This document shows, piece after piece, positions 8,746 to 17,636 of a DNA stretch of 45,855 nucleotides (position 1 is its first letter; the number at the start of each line of letters is the position of its first letter). A program made the position numbers and the translations under genes. The notes beneath the pieces were generated by a model. That model was given only the letters and a program-made list of their open reading frames with translations. It was not told where the DNA came from and did no database searches. The DNA comes from a virus (taxonomy: Duplodnaviria; Heunggongvirae; Uroviricota; Caudoviricetes): IMG/VR virus record IMGVR_UViG_2531839662_000038. One strand, 5' to 3'.

Positions 8746-9429
8746 TTAGGGGGTTGAGACTCCAGAGAGCAATCCGTAGATTTTATATACAGCAAATGCT
8801 AATGCTGGCAAGCCAAGGGCCCATTTGATTATATCAAGCTTAACATCACTAAGCTTACCTTCTAACTTTGCCTCTTGAACAGAAAGAGCTGCATCGATCT
8901 TTTTTGATTGGGAGTCAAGGGCACTCTCAATTCTACTCGATTGTATGTCCAGACGACTGTTGATTTGTTCGTGCTGAGTAACAACTAAATGCTTCATCTC
9001 CTTTATATCTGAAGCCATTAGTTCACGCCATTTGGCCATATCAGCCTGCATTTTTGAGGCCACTGCATCCACTTCAGCTTTATTTGCCTTCAGAAGTGCC
9101 TGTATTTCGTTTCTGCTCAAATCGGACATTGCGGTTCCCTGTATAGGAGTTTCCTCGTACGGTGGGATAACATTAGATTGTCCTTTACAATCGGCAACCC
9201 CTCCTTTATCTACGATTGTAGCAGTTAGCTGGGAATTGGTCGCATCATCCACCATGTTTTTTGGTGAATAAGAGGAAATAGGCGTAGAAAACAGATTACC
9301 TTTTGCTGTTTCCATGAACATCATGAAATCGCGAGTATTAACGTTATTCAGGGAAACTTGCAGTGGTTTAACAATACTTGATGTTTTGTAAGTAATAGTT
9401 AAATCACCTACTTCTTCCGGTTGTTGCAT
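8746..9429 (-). CDS. Unrecognised coiled-coil protein with C-terminal hydrophobic helix (ORF-B of the cI-linked cassette)
   Basis: 227-aa ORF; extended heptad-like region (EIQALLKANKAEVDAVASKMQADMAKWRELM...) and C-terminal WALGLPALAFAVYKIYGLL; start overlaps ORF-A stop (TAATG). Confidence 0.6.
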   Translation of the reverse strand: MQQPEEVGDLTITYKTSSIVKPLQVSLNNVNTRDFMMFMETAKGNLFSTPISSYSPKNMVDDATNSQLTATIVDKGGVADCKGQSNVIPPYEETPIQGTAMSDLSRNEIQALLKANKAEVDAVASKMQADMAKWRELMASDIKEMKHLVVTQHEQINSRLDIQSSRIESALDSQSKKIDAALSVQEAKLEGKLSDVKLDIIKWALGLPALAFAVYKIYGLLSGVSTP

Positions 9430-9749
9430 TACGACTTCGCTCCATTAGAGTTTTGTGCCTCTAATTGTTCGAAAAGAAGAACTATATTCTCCTGAAGAGC
9501 CTTTAGTTGTGCCATTGGCATTATCACAGTGCATTGCTGATTGAGTTCATTTACAGAGCCTATCTGCATATTCGCTCTACCTGGTTGATCTGGTATATCA
9601 TTTTGGGATAGTACCGCAGGTATTGACTTGTTTGCGATAAAATGTATACAAATGAGATTTTTTTCCGCTCCCGGTAGTGGAGCAAAACTAGCGAAGTCCG
9701 CATAGGTTTCAATATAATCCACAGATGGTTTAATTTTGACCGGTTCCAT
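9429..9749 (-). CDS. Unrecognised small protein (ORF-A of the cI-linked cassette)
   Basis: ORF track gives 9429..9764 with a TTG start; ATG at 9749 (MEPVKIKP...) has a GAGAGG Shine-Dalgarno and is the likelier start; AT-rich codon usage. Confidence 0.55.
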   Translation of the reverse strand: MEPVKIKPSVDYIETYADFASFAPLPGAEKNLICIHFIANKSIPAVLSQNDIPDQPGRANMQIGSVNELNQQCTVIMPMAQLKALQENIVLLFEQLEAQNSNGAKS

Positions 9750-9872
9750 AACGCCTCTCATCAAATATTGTAGGTTTTTTAATTCAATGTGTTAAATGTT
9801 GGTGGTGTGTTATTTAAAGTTATTTTGACATCCTCCACGCCCTGAAGGACGGGGCTTGTCACGTACTTGAAG

Positions 9873-10577
9873 TCACAAACTTTTCAGCCACTCCCTTGCC
9901 TCGATGTCATCCAGATGACGAGATTGCTTCAGAATACCAGCCACATACTCCACCTTTGCTACTTGATGATAAGGTAACGTTATTGGCCTGTGGTCCTGGT
10001 TGATGCTTGTAAATTGGTATTCTCCATCTCTGTCATAGCCAAGAATCTTGATCATGTTGTGTCCTTCAACGGTTCTGACAAACACCTCATCCCCCGGGAA
10101 TACTTTGGTGTTAGGCTCAATGAGTACATATTCTCCTGATTTTATTCTGGGCCACATGCTGTCTCCTTTCACACGAAGACCAAAGGCATCTGGATCATCA
10201 CTATAAATCTTGAGCCACCCATCGCGCTCTTCGGTCATCTCGATGGCACCATCAACACCAAGAATTGCCTCACCAACCACGCGCACTAACCCTTTTCTTA
10301 CCTGACCGACAAAAGTTAAAGAATCTGAGCATGATGCAATTGGTGTTACATCATGTACCAAATCAAGCCACCCATTAGGTAACCCAAGTGCGGCTTCGAA
10401 TTTTCTTGCTAGTTTATCCCCTATGTTTCGAGTGCTTTTTTCACCGGAGACTTGCGTGAGTTGAGAAGGGCTAACTCCAAGCTTATCGGCAAAGCTTGCA
10501 TTAGTGTTACCCGCGATTTTTTTATGCTCATCTAGCAAAAACGCCAGATTCGATTTGCGAATATCTTTGTTTTCCAT
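9873..10577 (-). CDS. cI: CI-type prophage repressor (N-terminal HTH, C-terminal LexA-like S24 autopeptidase)
   Basis: 234-aa ORF; HTH region FADKLGVSPSQLTQVSG; S24 motifs GDSM and a downstream Lys; divergent from the cro-like gene across an operator region. Confidence 0.8.
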   Translation of the reverse strand: MENKDIRKSNLAFLLDEHKKIAGNTNASFADKLGVSPSQLTQVSGEKSTRNIGDKLARKFEAALGLPNGWLDLVHDVTPIASCSDSLTFVGQVRKGLVRVVGEAILGVDGAIEMTEERDGWLKIYSDDPDAFGLRVKGDSMWPRIKSGEYVLIEPNTKVFPGDEVFVRTVEGHNMIKILGYDRDGEYQFTSINQDHRPITLPYHQVAKVEYVAGILKQSRHLDDIEAREWLKSL

Positions 10578-10599
10578 CCCACGATTCTCCCTCTATTTA

Positions 10600-10690
10600 G
10601 TAAATGGATAAATACGCATTTTGATAAATCTCCATTGCAGTTTATTTATCAAGATGGTAAAGTTGCTCTGTGTGATAAACGGAGGCACTA
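10600..10690. promoter_or_regulatory. OR/pR/pRM operator-promoter region
   Basis: Repeated GATAAAT / ATTTATC half-sites at 10607..10613, 10621..10629, 10644..10652 and 10672..10679 between divergent cI and cro-like genes. Confidence 0.55.
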
Positions 10691-10924
10691 ATGAGTAATG
10701 AACTACTACGCTGGCGAAAAGAGGCTTCTAGTGAGGAATGGAAGCGACTCGCCGCATTAGCGAATACTTCAGTTGGCTATCTTGATCAGATTGCATATGG
10801 GTTTCGAAGAGCTTCCCCAGATAAAGCGAATGCAATCGAAGAAGCCACTCGTAATTTCACGGGTTATAAACCTGTGAAAAAGGAAAATCTGGTGTTCGTA
10901 TCGCGTAGAGCATCAGCAGCATAA
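10691..10924 (+). CDS. cro: Cro-like early regulator
   Basis: 77-aa ORF immediately right of OR with GGAGG Shine-Dalgarno; position-based call; sequence not a lambda Cro. Confidence 0.55.
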   Translation: MSNELLRWRKEASSEEWKRLAALANTSVGYLDQIAYGFRRASPDKANAIEEATRNFTGYKPVKKENLVFVSRRASAA

Positions 10925-10931
10925 GTAACCT

Positions 10932-10959
10932 CGCTCTTTGTAACAACGGACATTCGTCC
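10932..10959 (+). promoter_or_regulatory. nutR: nutR candidate (boxA CGCTCTTTG plus boxB-like hairpin GGACATTCGTCC)
   Basis: boxA-like motif directly downstream of the cro-like gene and upstream of cII. Confidence 0.45.
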
Positions 10960-11062
10960 TACGTCGCTGAAAAGCGAATCCCAGAATATCTGACCAACCA
11001 AGGCCATATGCGTTTCCACGCATACCTTTCAACTAGCTATTCACTATTGGAAATCATAAGAA

Positions 11063-11362
11063 ATGGAACAAACAAGTTACAGCAAACTATCACAGCGCGA
11101 CGTTGATCGCGCAGAAACAGATTTACTCATCAACCTGTCAACGCTTACCCAGCGCGGTCTGGCAAAGATGATTGGCTGTCATGAATCGAAGATAAGCAGA
11201 ACGGACTGGAGATTTATTGCTTCGGTCCTGTGTGCTTTTGGAATGGCATCAGACATCAGTCCGATTAGCAGGGCTTTTAAGTATGCGCTTGATGGACTCA
11301 CCAATAAAAAACGCCCGGTGTGCAAGATCGAGCGTTCTGATCAAATACAAATGGAATTTTAA
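11063..11362 (+). CDS. cII: CII transcriptional activator
   Basis: C-terminus LTNKKRPVCKIERSDQIQMEF matches the remembered lambda CII end (...NKKRPAATERSEQIQMEF); HTH-like central region. Confidence 0.8.
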   Translation: MEQTSYSKLSQRDVDRAETDLLINLSTLTQRGLAKMIGCHESKISRTDWRFIASVLCAFGMASDISPISRAFKYALDGLTNKKRPVCKIERSDQIQMEF

Positions 11363-11384
11363 CAACATCCAACGAGGTAATTAT

Positions 11385-11657
11385 ATGCGAAACAAAGGCT
11401 TTAATCCACCTGATACACACAAAGAAGCTAAGCGTTTGCGCTTCCTTCGTTCCATTGATGAAAGAACTCAAATCTCTTTTGTGAAAGTTGCCAGAACTGA
11501 GCTTCTGAAGGCTGAGGCGAGGGCGTTGCTCCCGTCTCTACCAAAAGAGGAGGGATATACGTTCATTCCAAACGCATTTCTGGAAAAGCTGCTCAAAGAA
11601 GACATATCCGTAAGTCAGTTTAACGATGTTCTTAAGGTCTTTCGTCAAGGCAGGTAG
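11385..11657 (+). CDS. Hypothetical protein between cII and the replication genes
   Basis: 90 aa from the internal ATG at 11385 (GAGG Shine-Dalgarno); the ORF-track start at 11217 would overlap cII. Confidence 0.45.
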   Translation: MRNKGFNPPDTHKEAKRLRFLRSIDERTQISFVKVARTELLKAEARALLPSLPKEEGYTFIPNAFLEKLLKEDISVSQFNDVLKVFRQGR

Positions 11658-11659
11658 TT

Positions 11660-12607
11660 ATGAGCAATACAGCAAAAATCTACGATTTCAGCGCCGCACA
11701 CGAGCGCAGGAGCAACAGGATGGAGAACCAGAAAACTGGTTACATTCCGTTGTACCGGAGCATTCTGAAACAGTCATGGGCGAAAGATGTTTATCTTCGC
11801 ACCCTGTGGGAAAACCTTCTCCTGAATGCCGCCAGAAAGCCACACAAAGCGAATTTCAAAGGTCATGAATGGCATCTGCAACCCGGTCAACTGGTTGTGA
11901 CAGCAGCTGATTTAGGTCTTCAGTTATGCGACAGGCATGGCAAGCCGGCAAGCCGTGATCAGGTTGAGCGGATGCTTCAGGTTTTTGTGAAAGAGGGGAT
12001 GATCACCATTGATGGAGAGAAGCAAAAAGGTCGTGTGATCACCATCACGAATTACCATGAATATGCTCAAAAAATGGACAATTCACCCGCACATGAAGCC
12101 GCACAAACAACCGCACATGACGCCGCACATGACGAAGCCAGTAATGGCGCGGCTTTCAGCGTACATGCCGCACATGAAAGCGCACATGAAGCCGCACAAA
12201 CAACCGCACATCATGAACAAGAAGGTATTAACAAGAATATAAATAATACCCCCCTACCCCCCAATGGGGGAGGCGATGGGCAGGTTAAACCTGAACGTCG
12301 CAAGGCAGAACGAATCGACTATGAATCCTTCCTGAATGCCTACAACACCGAAGTCGGTGACAGACTGCCACACGCTGTTGCGGTCAACGAGAAACGCAAA
12401 CGTCGCCTGAAGAAAATCATTCCGCAACTGAAAACGCCAAACGTGGACGGTTTCAGAGCGTATGTCAGGGCGTTTGTGCATCAGGCCAAGCCGTTTTACT
12501 TCGGAGACAACGACACGGGCTGGACGGCAGATTTTGATTACCTGCTGAGGGAAGATTCGTTAACGGGAGTACGGGAAGGGAAGTTTGCAGACAGGGGGAT
12601 TGCATGA
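11660..12607 (+). CDS. O: Replication initiator, O-like (P22 gene 18-like), containing the iteron origin
   Basis: 315-aa ORF starting [10 protein letters not shown] (compare lambda O MTNTAKI...); internal iteron array followed by an AT-rich tract. Confidence 0.65.
   Translation: MSNTAKIYDFSAAHERRSNRMENQKTGYIPLYRSILKQSWAKDVYLRTLWENLLLNAARKPHKANFKGHEWHLQPGQLVVTAADLGLQLCDRHGKPASRDQVERMLQVFVKEGMITIDGEKQKGRVITITNYHEYAQKMDNSPAHEAAQTTAHDAAHDEASNGAAFSVHAAHESAHEAAQTTAHHEQEGINKNINNTPLPPNGGGDGQVKPERRKAERIDYESFLNAYNTEVGDRLPHAVAVNEKRKRRLKKIIPQLKTPNVDGFRAYVRAFVHQAKPFYFGDNDTGWTADFDYLLREDSLTGVREGKFADRGIA
12085..12250. repeat. Origin iterons: repeated CCGCACATGA / GCCGCACAAACAA units followed by an AT-rich tract
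   Basis: At least six CGCACATGA copies between 12087 and 12213, including two near-identical 29-bp units; AT-rich 12215..12250. Confidence 0.7.
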
Positions 12608-13980
12608 GACAGGATATCGAAGCGAGCGTTATCGGTGGCCTGCTGATTGGTGGATTAACTCCAACCGCCAGTGACGTTCTGGCAACGCTTGAGCCGGAAG
12701 CGTTTTCAATTCCGCTCTACAGGAAAGCCTTCGAGGTTATCCGCAAGCAGGCGAGAAACAGAAACCTAATCGATGCGCTGATGGTTGCCGAGGCGTGCGG
12801 AGAGGAGCATTTCACGTCAATCCTGATGACCAGCAAAAACTGCCCGAGTGCCGCAAACCTGAAGGGATATGCCGGAATGGTCGCGGATAACTATCACCGC
12901 CGTCTGGTGCTGGAAATCATGGATGAAATGCGTGAACCAATTCAGAGCGGAACCATCGACGCATCGAGTCAGGCGATGGATGAGCTTGTAAAGCGTCTCT
13001 CAGCCATCAGAAAGCCCCGTGACGAGGTTAAACCTGTACGGTTAGGGGAAATCATCACCGACTACACTGACACGCTTGACAGGCGTCTGAGGAACGGAGA
13101 AGGGTCAGATACCCTGAAGACCGGAATCGAAGAACTTGACGCCATCACCGGAGGGATGAACGCAGAAGACCTGGTGATTATCGCTGCTCGTCCTGGTATG
13201 GGGAAAACCGAGCTGGCGCTGAAGATTGCCGAAGGCGTTGCAAGCCGCGTTATTCCAGGTTCTGACGTTCGGCGCGGAGTATTGATTTTCTCAATGGAAA
13301 TGAGCGCATTGCAGATTGCAGAGCGAAGCATTGCCAACGCCGGGAGGATGTCGGTTAGCGTACTGCGAAATCCTGCATCGATGGATGACGAAGGCTGGGC
13401 GCGTGTTGCTAACGGCATGAGTCAGCTTGCAGATTTGGATGTATGGGTAGTCGATGCCTCGCGGTTATCGGTCGAAGAAATACGCTCAATCGCAGAACGG
13501 CACAAACAGGAAAATCCAAACCTCTCACTCATCATGGCGGATTATCTTGGCCTGATTGAGAAGCCGAAAGCAGACCGCAACGACCTCGCAATTGCTCACA
13601 TCTCCGGAAGCCTGAAGGCGATGGCGAAAGACCTGAAAACGCCTGTTATCTCCCTGAGTCAGCTTTCTCGCGATGTTGAGAAGCGACCAAACAAACGCCC
13701 GACAAACGCAGATTTGCGTGATTCAGGAAGCATTGAGCAGGACGCAGACTCAATCATCATGCTCTATCGGGAAGCGGTGTATGACGAGAACAGTAGCGCC
13801 GCGCCATTTGCTGAAATCATCGTGACGAAAAACCGTTTTGGCTCACTTGGTACGGTTTACCAGCGGTTCTGTAACGGACACTTTGTTGCATGTGACCAGG
13901 ATGAAGCCAGACAGATTTGCACAGCATCAAATGCGCCTGCTGCGCGTGGCAGACGATATGCACAAGGGGCGGACGTATGA
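12604..13980 (+). CDS. Replicative DNA helicase, DnaB family (P22 gene 12-like)
   Basis: 458-aa ORF; Walker A ARPGMGKT, DnaB-like C-terminal domain; start overlaps O-like stop. Confidence 0.85.
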   Translation: MRQDIEASVIGGLLIGGLTPTASDVLATLEPEAFSIPLYRKAFEVIRKQARNRNLIDALMVAEACGEEHFTSILMTSKNCPSAANLKGYAGMVADNYHRRLVLEIMDEMREPIQSGTIDASSQAMDELVKRLSAIRKPRDEVKPVRLGEIITDYTDTLDRRLRNGEGSDTLKTGIEELDAITGGMNAEDLVIIAARPGMGKTELALKIAEGVASRVIPGSDVRRGVLIFSMEMSALQIAERSIANAGRMSVSVLRNPASMDDEGWARVANGMSQLADLDVWVVDASRLSVEEIRSIAERHKQENPNLSLIMADYLGLIEKPKADRNDLAIAHISGSLKAMAKDLKTPVISLSQLSRDVEKRPNKRPTNADLRDSGSIEQDADSIIMLYREAVYDENSSAAPFAEIIVTKNRFGSLGTVYQRFCNGHFVACDQDEARQICTASNAPAARGRRYAQGADV

Positions 13981-14061
13981 CCATCTACATCACTGAGCTA
14001 ATAACAGGGGCTATTTACACAGTAGCCCTTTTTTATTGGATTAAGAACGAGGGGGATCCTG

Positions 14062-14274
14062 ATGGACACCGTTAACGGAATGTGTTCAGACGCACCGCGT
14101 GCCAAAAAATGTAAGTGCGGAAAATCACCGACAATATTCGACATGGAGAACGGGTGCCAAATCTACTGCGCTAACCACGCTGCTGTGGCGGCCGCGAATT
14201 ATCGCAGTGCGGTAACGGAGTGGAATAACCTGAAATCTGTTAGAGAGGGAAGTCATGAAAAAACTAACCTTTGA
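14062..14274 (+). CDS. Hypothetical small Cys-rich protein
   Basis: 70-aa ORF with CKCG...C...C pattern in the position of ren/ninA. Confidence 0.4.
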   Translation: MDTVNGMCSDAPRAKKCKCGKSPTIFDMENGCQIYCANHAAVAAANYRSAVTEWNNLKSVREGSHEKTNL

Positions 14275-14671
14275 AATTCGATCCCCAGCACATCAGCAAA
14301 ACGCTATTCACGCGGTACAGAAAATTCTTCCAGACCCAACCAAACCAATCGTAGTAACCATTCAGGAACGCAACCGCAGCATTCGGCAAAATGCACGCCT
14401 TCACGCGATGCTATCTGAAATAAGTAAGAAGGCTACATATCATGGGAAAGCAAGAAATATTGAGTTTTGGAAGGGGTTATTCGTTTCTGGTTGGCAGATT
14501 GCAACCAACCAGCACCCTGAGATTATATCAGGGTTAGAAGGTGAGCTAATAAACATCAGAGAGAGTACGGCGACTCTATCTGTAAAAAAAATATCCGAAA
14601 TAATGGACTACATAGAAGCATATTGTGCCATGAACTCAATTCATCTTAGCGAATGGAGGAATTATGATTGA
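14255..14671 (+). CDS. ninB: NinB (Orf-family recombination protein), C-terminally altered
   Basis: Starts MKKLTFEIRSPAHQQNAIHAVQKILPDPTKPIVVTIQERNRS as lambda NinB; ends ...SEWRNYD just where the HNH gene begins. Confidence 0.8.
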   Translation: MKKLTFEIRSPAHQQNAIHAVQKILPDPTKPIVVTIQERNRSIRQNARLHAMLSEISKKATYHGKARNIEFWKGLFVSGWQIATNQHPEIISGLEGELINIRESTATLSVKKISEIMDYIEAYCAMNSIHLSEWRNYD

Positions 14672-15266
14672 GGTTTGGGTAGATATCGAAGGAATTCCAT
14701 TTTATCAGGTTAGCAATAAAGGAAATTTCAGGTCTATTACGAGGGAAATTACAGTAACATCAACCAGACAGAGGCCATATAAGAAAATAATTAATGGCAC
14801 TAGCGTAAAACCATTCAAGTGCAAGTCGACAGGATATCTTCAAATAAAGGTATACGGTAAGAAATACAGCGCCCACAGGATAGTTGCGAAAGCATTCTGT
14901 ACAGGGTTCTGTGATGGCTTGGTAGTTAATCACAAAAATGGGCAAAGAGATGACAATAGGGCTGAAAACCTTGAGTGGGTATCACATTCTGAAAACTCAA
15001 AGCACGGATATAAACAAAATGGAAGAATACCTATATCGCTAGGTAAATTTAGTGGTGATCATCCTGCCAGTAAAGCTGTTATTTCTACTGACATGAAAAC
15101 TGGGGAGGAGGTTTATTATGAAGCAGCTATGGATGCTGTCAGAGAAGGATTTGATAGTTCGTCAATTAGTCGTTGCTGTAATGGCGAAAGCTCATATCAC
15201 AAAGGAAGATTCTGGCGATTTGCAAATGAAACAATGAAAGCGCGATGGGGAGATCGGGCCGCATGA
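14664..15266 (+). CDS. HNH homing endonuclease (NUMOD4-like N-terminus plus HNH_3 motif) inserted at the ninB 3' end
   Basis: 200-aa ORF; motifs VWVDIEGIPFYQVSNKGNFRS and VNHKNGQRDDNRAENLEW; GGAGG Shine-Dalgarno; C-terminal KARWGDRAA looks like a NinB tail; stop overlaps methylase ATG. Confidence 0.8.
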   Translation: MIEVWVDIEGIPFYQVSNKGNFRSITREITVTSTRQRPYKKIINGTSVKPFKCKSTGYLQIKVYGKKYSAHRIVAKAFCTGFCDGLVVNHKNGQRDDNRAENLEWVSHSENSKHGYKQNGRIPISLGKFSGDHPASKAVISTDMKTGEEVYYEAAMDAVREGFDSSSISRCCNGESSYHKGRFWRFANETMKARWGDRAA

Positions 15267-15790
15267 CTATCAAATCAAATACGCCAGCACACGACAAGGA
15301 CTGCTGGCAAACGCCGCTTTGGCTTTTTGATGCACTGGATATTGAGTTTGGATTCTGGCTGGATTCGGCAGCGAGCGACAAAAATGCTTTATGCGCTCAC
15401 TGGCTAACTGAGGCCGACGACGCGCTCAATTCTGAGTGGGTAAGCCACGGTGCAATCTGGAATAACCCACCGTACAGCAATATCAGGCCGTGGGTGGAAA
15501 AAGCCGCTGAGCAGTGCATACAACAGCGACAGACGGTAGTTATGCTTGTGCCAGAGGATATGTCAGTCGGATGGTTCAGCAAGGCTCTGGAGAGTGTCGA
15601 CGAAGTTCGCATTATCACTGATGGACGGATTAATTTTATCGAACCATCGACAGGGCTGGAGAAGAAGGGAAACAGCAAAGGCTCCATGCTGCTGATTTGG
15701 CGACCGTTCATCAGTCCTCGACGGATGTTTACTACCGTATCCAAAGCGGCATTGATGGCAATCGGGCAGGGCGTCAGGAGGGCGGCATGA
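15263..15790 (+). CDS. Phage DNA N6-adenine methyltransferase (Dam-like), in the ninC position
   Basis: 175 aa from ATG at 15263 (ATGA overlap); NPPY motif (IWNNPPYSN). Confidence 0.7.
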   Translation: MTIKSNTPAHDKDCWQTPLWLFDALDIEFGFWLDSAASDKNALCAHWLTEADDALNSEWVSHGAIWNNPPYSNIRPWVEKAAEQCIQQRQTVVMLVPEDMSVGWFSKALESVDEVRIITDGRINFIEPSTGLEKKGNSKGSMLLIWRPFISPRRMFTTVSKAALMAIGQGVRRAA

Positions 15791-15963
15791 GGCGACAGCG
15801 ACGAAGTTTCACCGACATCATCTGCGAAAACTGCAAATACCTTCCAACGAAACGCTCCAGAAATAAACGCAAGCCAATCCCGAAAGAATCTGACGTAAAA
15901 ACCTTCAACTACACGGCTCACCTGTGGGATATCCGGTGGCTAAGACATCGTGCGAGGAAATGA
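15787..15963 (+). CDS. ninE: NinD/NinE-family small protein
   Basis: 58 aa [58 protein letters not shown]; ATGA-coupled to the methylase gene. Confidence 0.6.
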   Translation: MRRQRRSFTDIICENCKYLPTKRSRNKRKPIPKESDVKTFNYTAHLWDIRWLRHRARK

Positions 15964-16331
15964 CAATGGATTATTCACAGTTAAGTGATTTTGAAATTAA
16001 CGTGGCGGTATTCGAAGCCATTCATAACGGATCACCGGATTACAAAGAAGGTGAGAATGGCGATATGGTGTTTGTCTCATTTGAGGGAGACATTGTAAAC
16101 GGAGACGCAGTTGAAGTAGAAGTTGAGCGCGGATCCTTTAACCCATGCGCAAACCCAGCAGACTCATGGCCGATTATTGAAAAATACAGGATTAGCATTA
16201 TCAATCTCGATGAAGACGAGTGGGGTGCACGCGGTGTGGCCTACTGTAAATCTAAGCGAGCTATACATGAAAATCCCCTCCGCGCCGCCATGATTGTCTT
16301 TCTCATGATGCAGGACGCCAATAATGCTTAG
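15960..16331 (+). CDS. Nin-region protein (DUF2591/NinX-like)
   Basis: 123 aa from ATG 15960 overlapping the upstream stop. Confidence 0.45.
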   Translation: MTMDYSQLSDFEINVAVFEAIHNGSPDYKEGENGDMVFVSFEGDIVNGDAVEVEVERGSFNPCANPADSWPIIEKYRISIINLDEDEWGARGVAYCKSKRAIHENPLRAAMIVFLMMQDANNA

Positions 16332-16500
16332 CCCATCCCAATCCATTCAATACCAGAAAGAAAGCGTCGAGCGGGCTTTAACGTGCGCTAACTGCGGTCA
16401 GAAGCTGCATGTGCTGGAAGTTCACGTGTGCTCCGATTGCTGCGCAGAACTGATGAGCGATCCGAATAGCTCAATGTACGAGGAAGAAGACGATGGCTAA
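16324..16500 (+). CDS. ninF: NinF
   Basis: 58-aa ORF below the ORF-track cut-off, [58 protein letters not shown], recognised as NinF. Confidence 0.75.
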   Translation: MLSPSQSIQYQKESVERALTCANCGQKLHVLEVHVCSDCCAELMSDPNSSMYEEEDDG

Positions 16501-17059
16501 ACCAGCGCGAAGACGATGTAACCGTAAAAGAGAAGATTTAACTGTTAAAAGGATATTTGAGTTACTAAGTTTCGATAAATCTACCGGTGTATTTAGATGG
16601 AAAGTTCCCACTCAGGGAAGGATAGCATTAAATAGTGTTGCTGGAACTTTTGATTCCAACGGTTATTCAATGATCATGATTGATGGGCGTAGATATAAAA
16701 CTCACGTCTTAGTTTTTTACATAACTCATAATCGTTGGCCTGCTGGTCAAATTGACCACGTTAATGGAATTAGGACCGACAATAGGCCAGAAAATTTAAG
16801 AGAATGCCTGCCAATAGAAAATTCAAGAAATATAAGGATCCGAAAGAATAGCAAATCAGGTTGCAGAGGAGTTACTTGGCACAAACGACAGAAAAAATGG
16901 AATGTTAGGCTAGGTTTCCATGGCAAGAGTAAACACTTCGGATGCTTTGATGATCTGGAGTTAGCGGTACTAGTTGCTGAAGAAGCCCGAGATAAGTATT
17001 ACGGTGATTTTTCCGGCAACGAAAGGAGCACTTATGCGAATCTATCGAAGGAAATGTAA
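16493..17059 (+). CDS. HNH endonuclease with AP2-type DNA-binding domain, inserted at the ninF/ninG junction
   Basis: 188-aa ORF; HNH motif [19 protein letters not shown]2-like [27 protein letters not shown]; N-terminus MAKPARRRC resembles a NinG N-terminus; overlaps ninG start by 26 nt. Confidence 0.8.
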   Translation: MAKPARRRCNRKREDLTVKRIFELLSFDKSTGVFRWKVPTQGRIALNSVAGTFDSNGYSMIMIDGRRYKTHVLVFYITHNRWPAGQIDHVNGIRTDNRPENLRECLPIENSRNIRIRKNSKSGCRGVTWHKRQKKWNVRLGFHGKSKHFGCFDDLELAVLVAEEARDKYYGDFSGNERSTYANLSKEM

Positions 17060-17636
17060 ATGTTGCAATGAATGGTTTATACCAAAATATCAAAATCAAT
17101 ATTGGTGTAATGAGATTTGTGGAACAAAGATAGCACTCGAACGACGAAGCAAAGAACGCGAAAAAGCGGAAAAAGCAGCAGAGAAGAAACTACGACGAGA
17201 GGAGCAGAAACAGAAAGATAAACTGAAGATTCGAAAACTCGCCTTAAAGCCCCGCAGTTACTGGATTAAACAAGCCCAACAAGCCGTAAACGCCTTCATC
17301 AGAGAAAGAGACCGCGACTTACCATGTATCTCGTGCGGAACGCTCACGTCTGCTCAGTGGGATGCCGGACATTACCGGACAACTGCTGCGGCACCTCAAC
17401 TCCGATTTGATGAACGCAATATTCACAAGCAATGCGTGGTGTGCAACCAGCACAAAAGCGGAAATCTCGTTCCGTATCGCGTCGAACTGATTAATCGCAT
17501 CGGGCAGGAAGCAGTAGACGAAATCGAATCAAACCATAACCGCCATCGCTGGACTGTCGAAGAGTGCAGGGCCATCAAGGCGGAGTATCAACAGAAACTT
17601 AAAAAACTGCGAAACAGCAGAAGTGAGGCTGCATGA
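17034..17636 (+). CDS. ninG: NinG (Rap-family recombination endonuclease)
   Basis: 200 aa from ATG at 17034 with AAAGGAG Shine-Dalgarno; Cys-rich CxxC motifs; the ORF-track start at 16974 is inside the HNH gene. Confidence 0.8.
   Translation: MRIYRRKCKCCNEWFIPKYQNQYWCNEICGTKIALERRSKEREKAEKAAEKKLRREEQKQKDKLKIRKLALKPRSYWIKQAQQAVNAFIRERDRDLPCISCGTLTSAQWDAGHYRTTAAAPQLRFDERNIHKQCVVCNQHKSGNLVPYRVELINRIGQEAVDEIESNHNRHRWTVEECRAIKAEYQQKLKKLRNSRSEAA

Noticed and set aside
8547-8795. 82-aa minus-strand ORF
   Set aside because: Spans the intrinsic terminator and the AT-rich pL-proximal spacer and overlaps the ORF-B 3' end; no start context
9824-9856. boxB-like GCCCTGAAGGACGGGGC between cI and ORF-A
   Set aside because: Resembles the lambda boxB loop sequence only on the plus strand, whereas transcription here is leftward; on the transcribed strand it is only a weak 4-bp stem, so no nut site is claimed
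12085-12215. Possible CRISPR-like direct repeats
   Set aside because: Repeat units are about 10 to 29 bp with no unique spacers, lie inside a coding gene and are followed by an AT-rich tract: replication-origin iterons, not a CRISPR array; no cas genes present
12057-12242. 61-aa His/Pro-rich ORF ([21 protein letters not shown]...)
   Set aside because: Out-of-frame read-through of the iteron repeats inside the O-like gene; repetitive composition is a by-product of the DNA repeats
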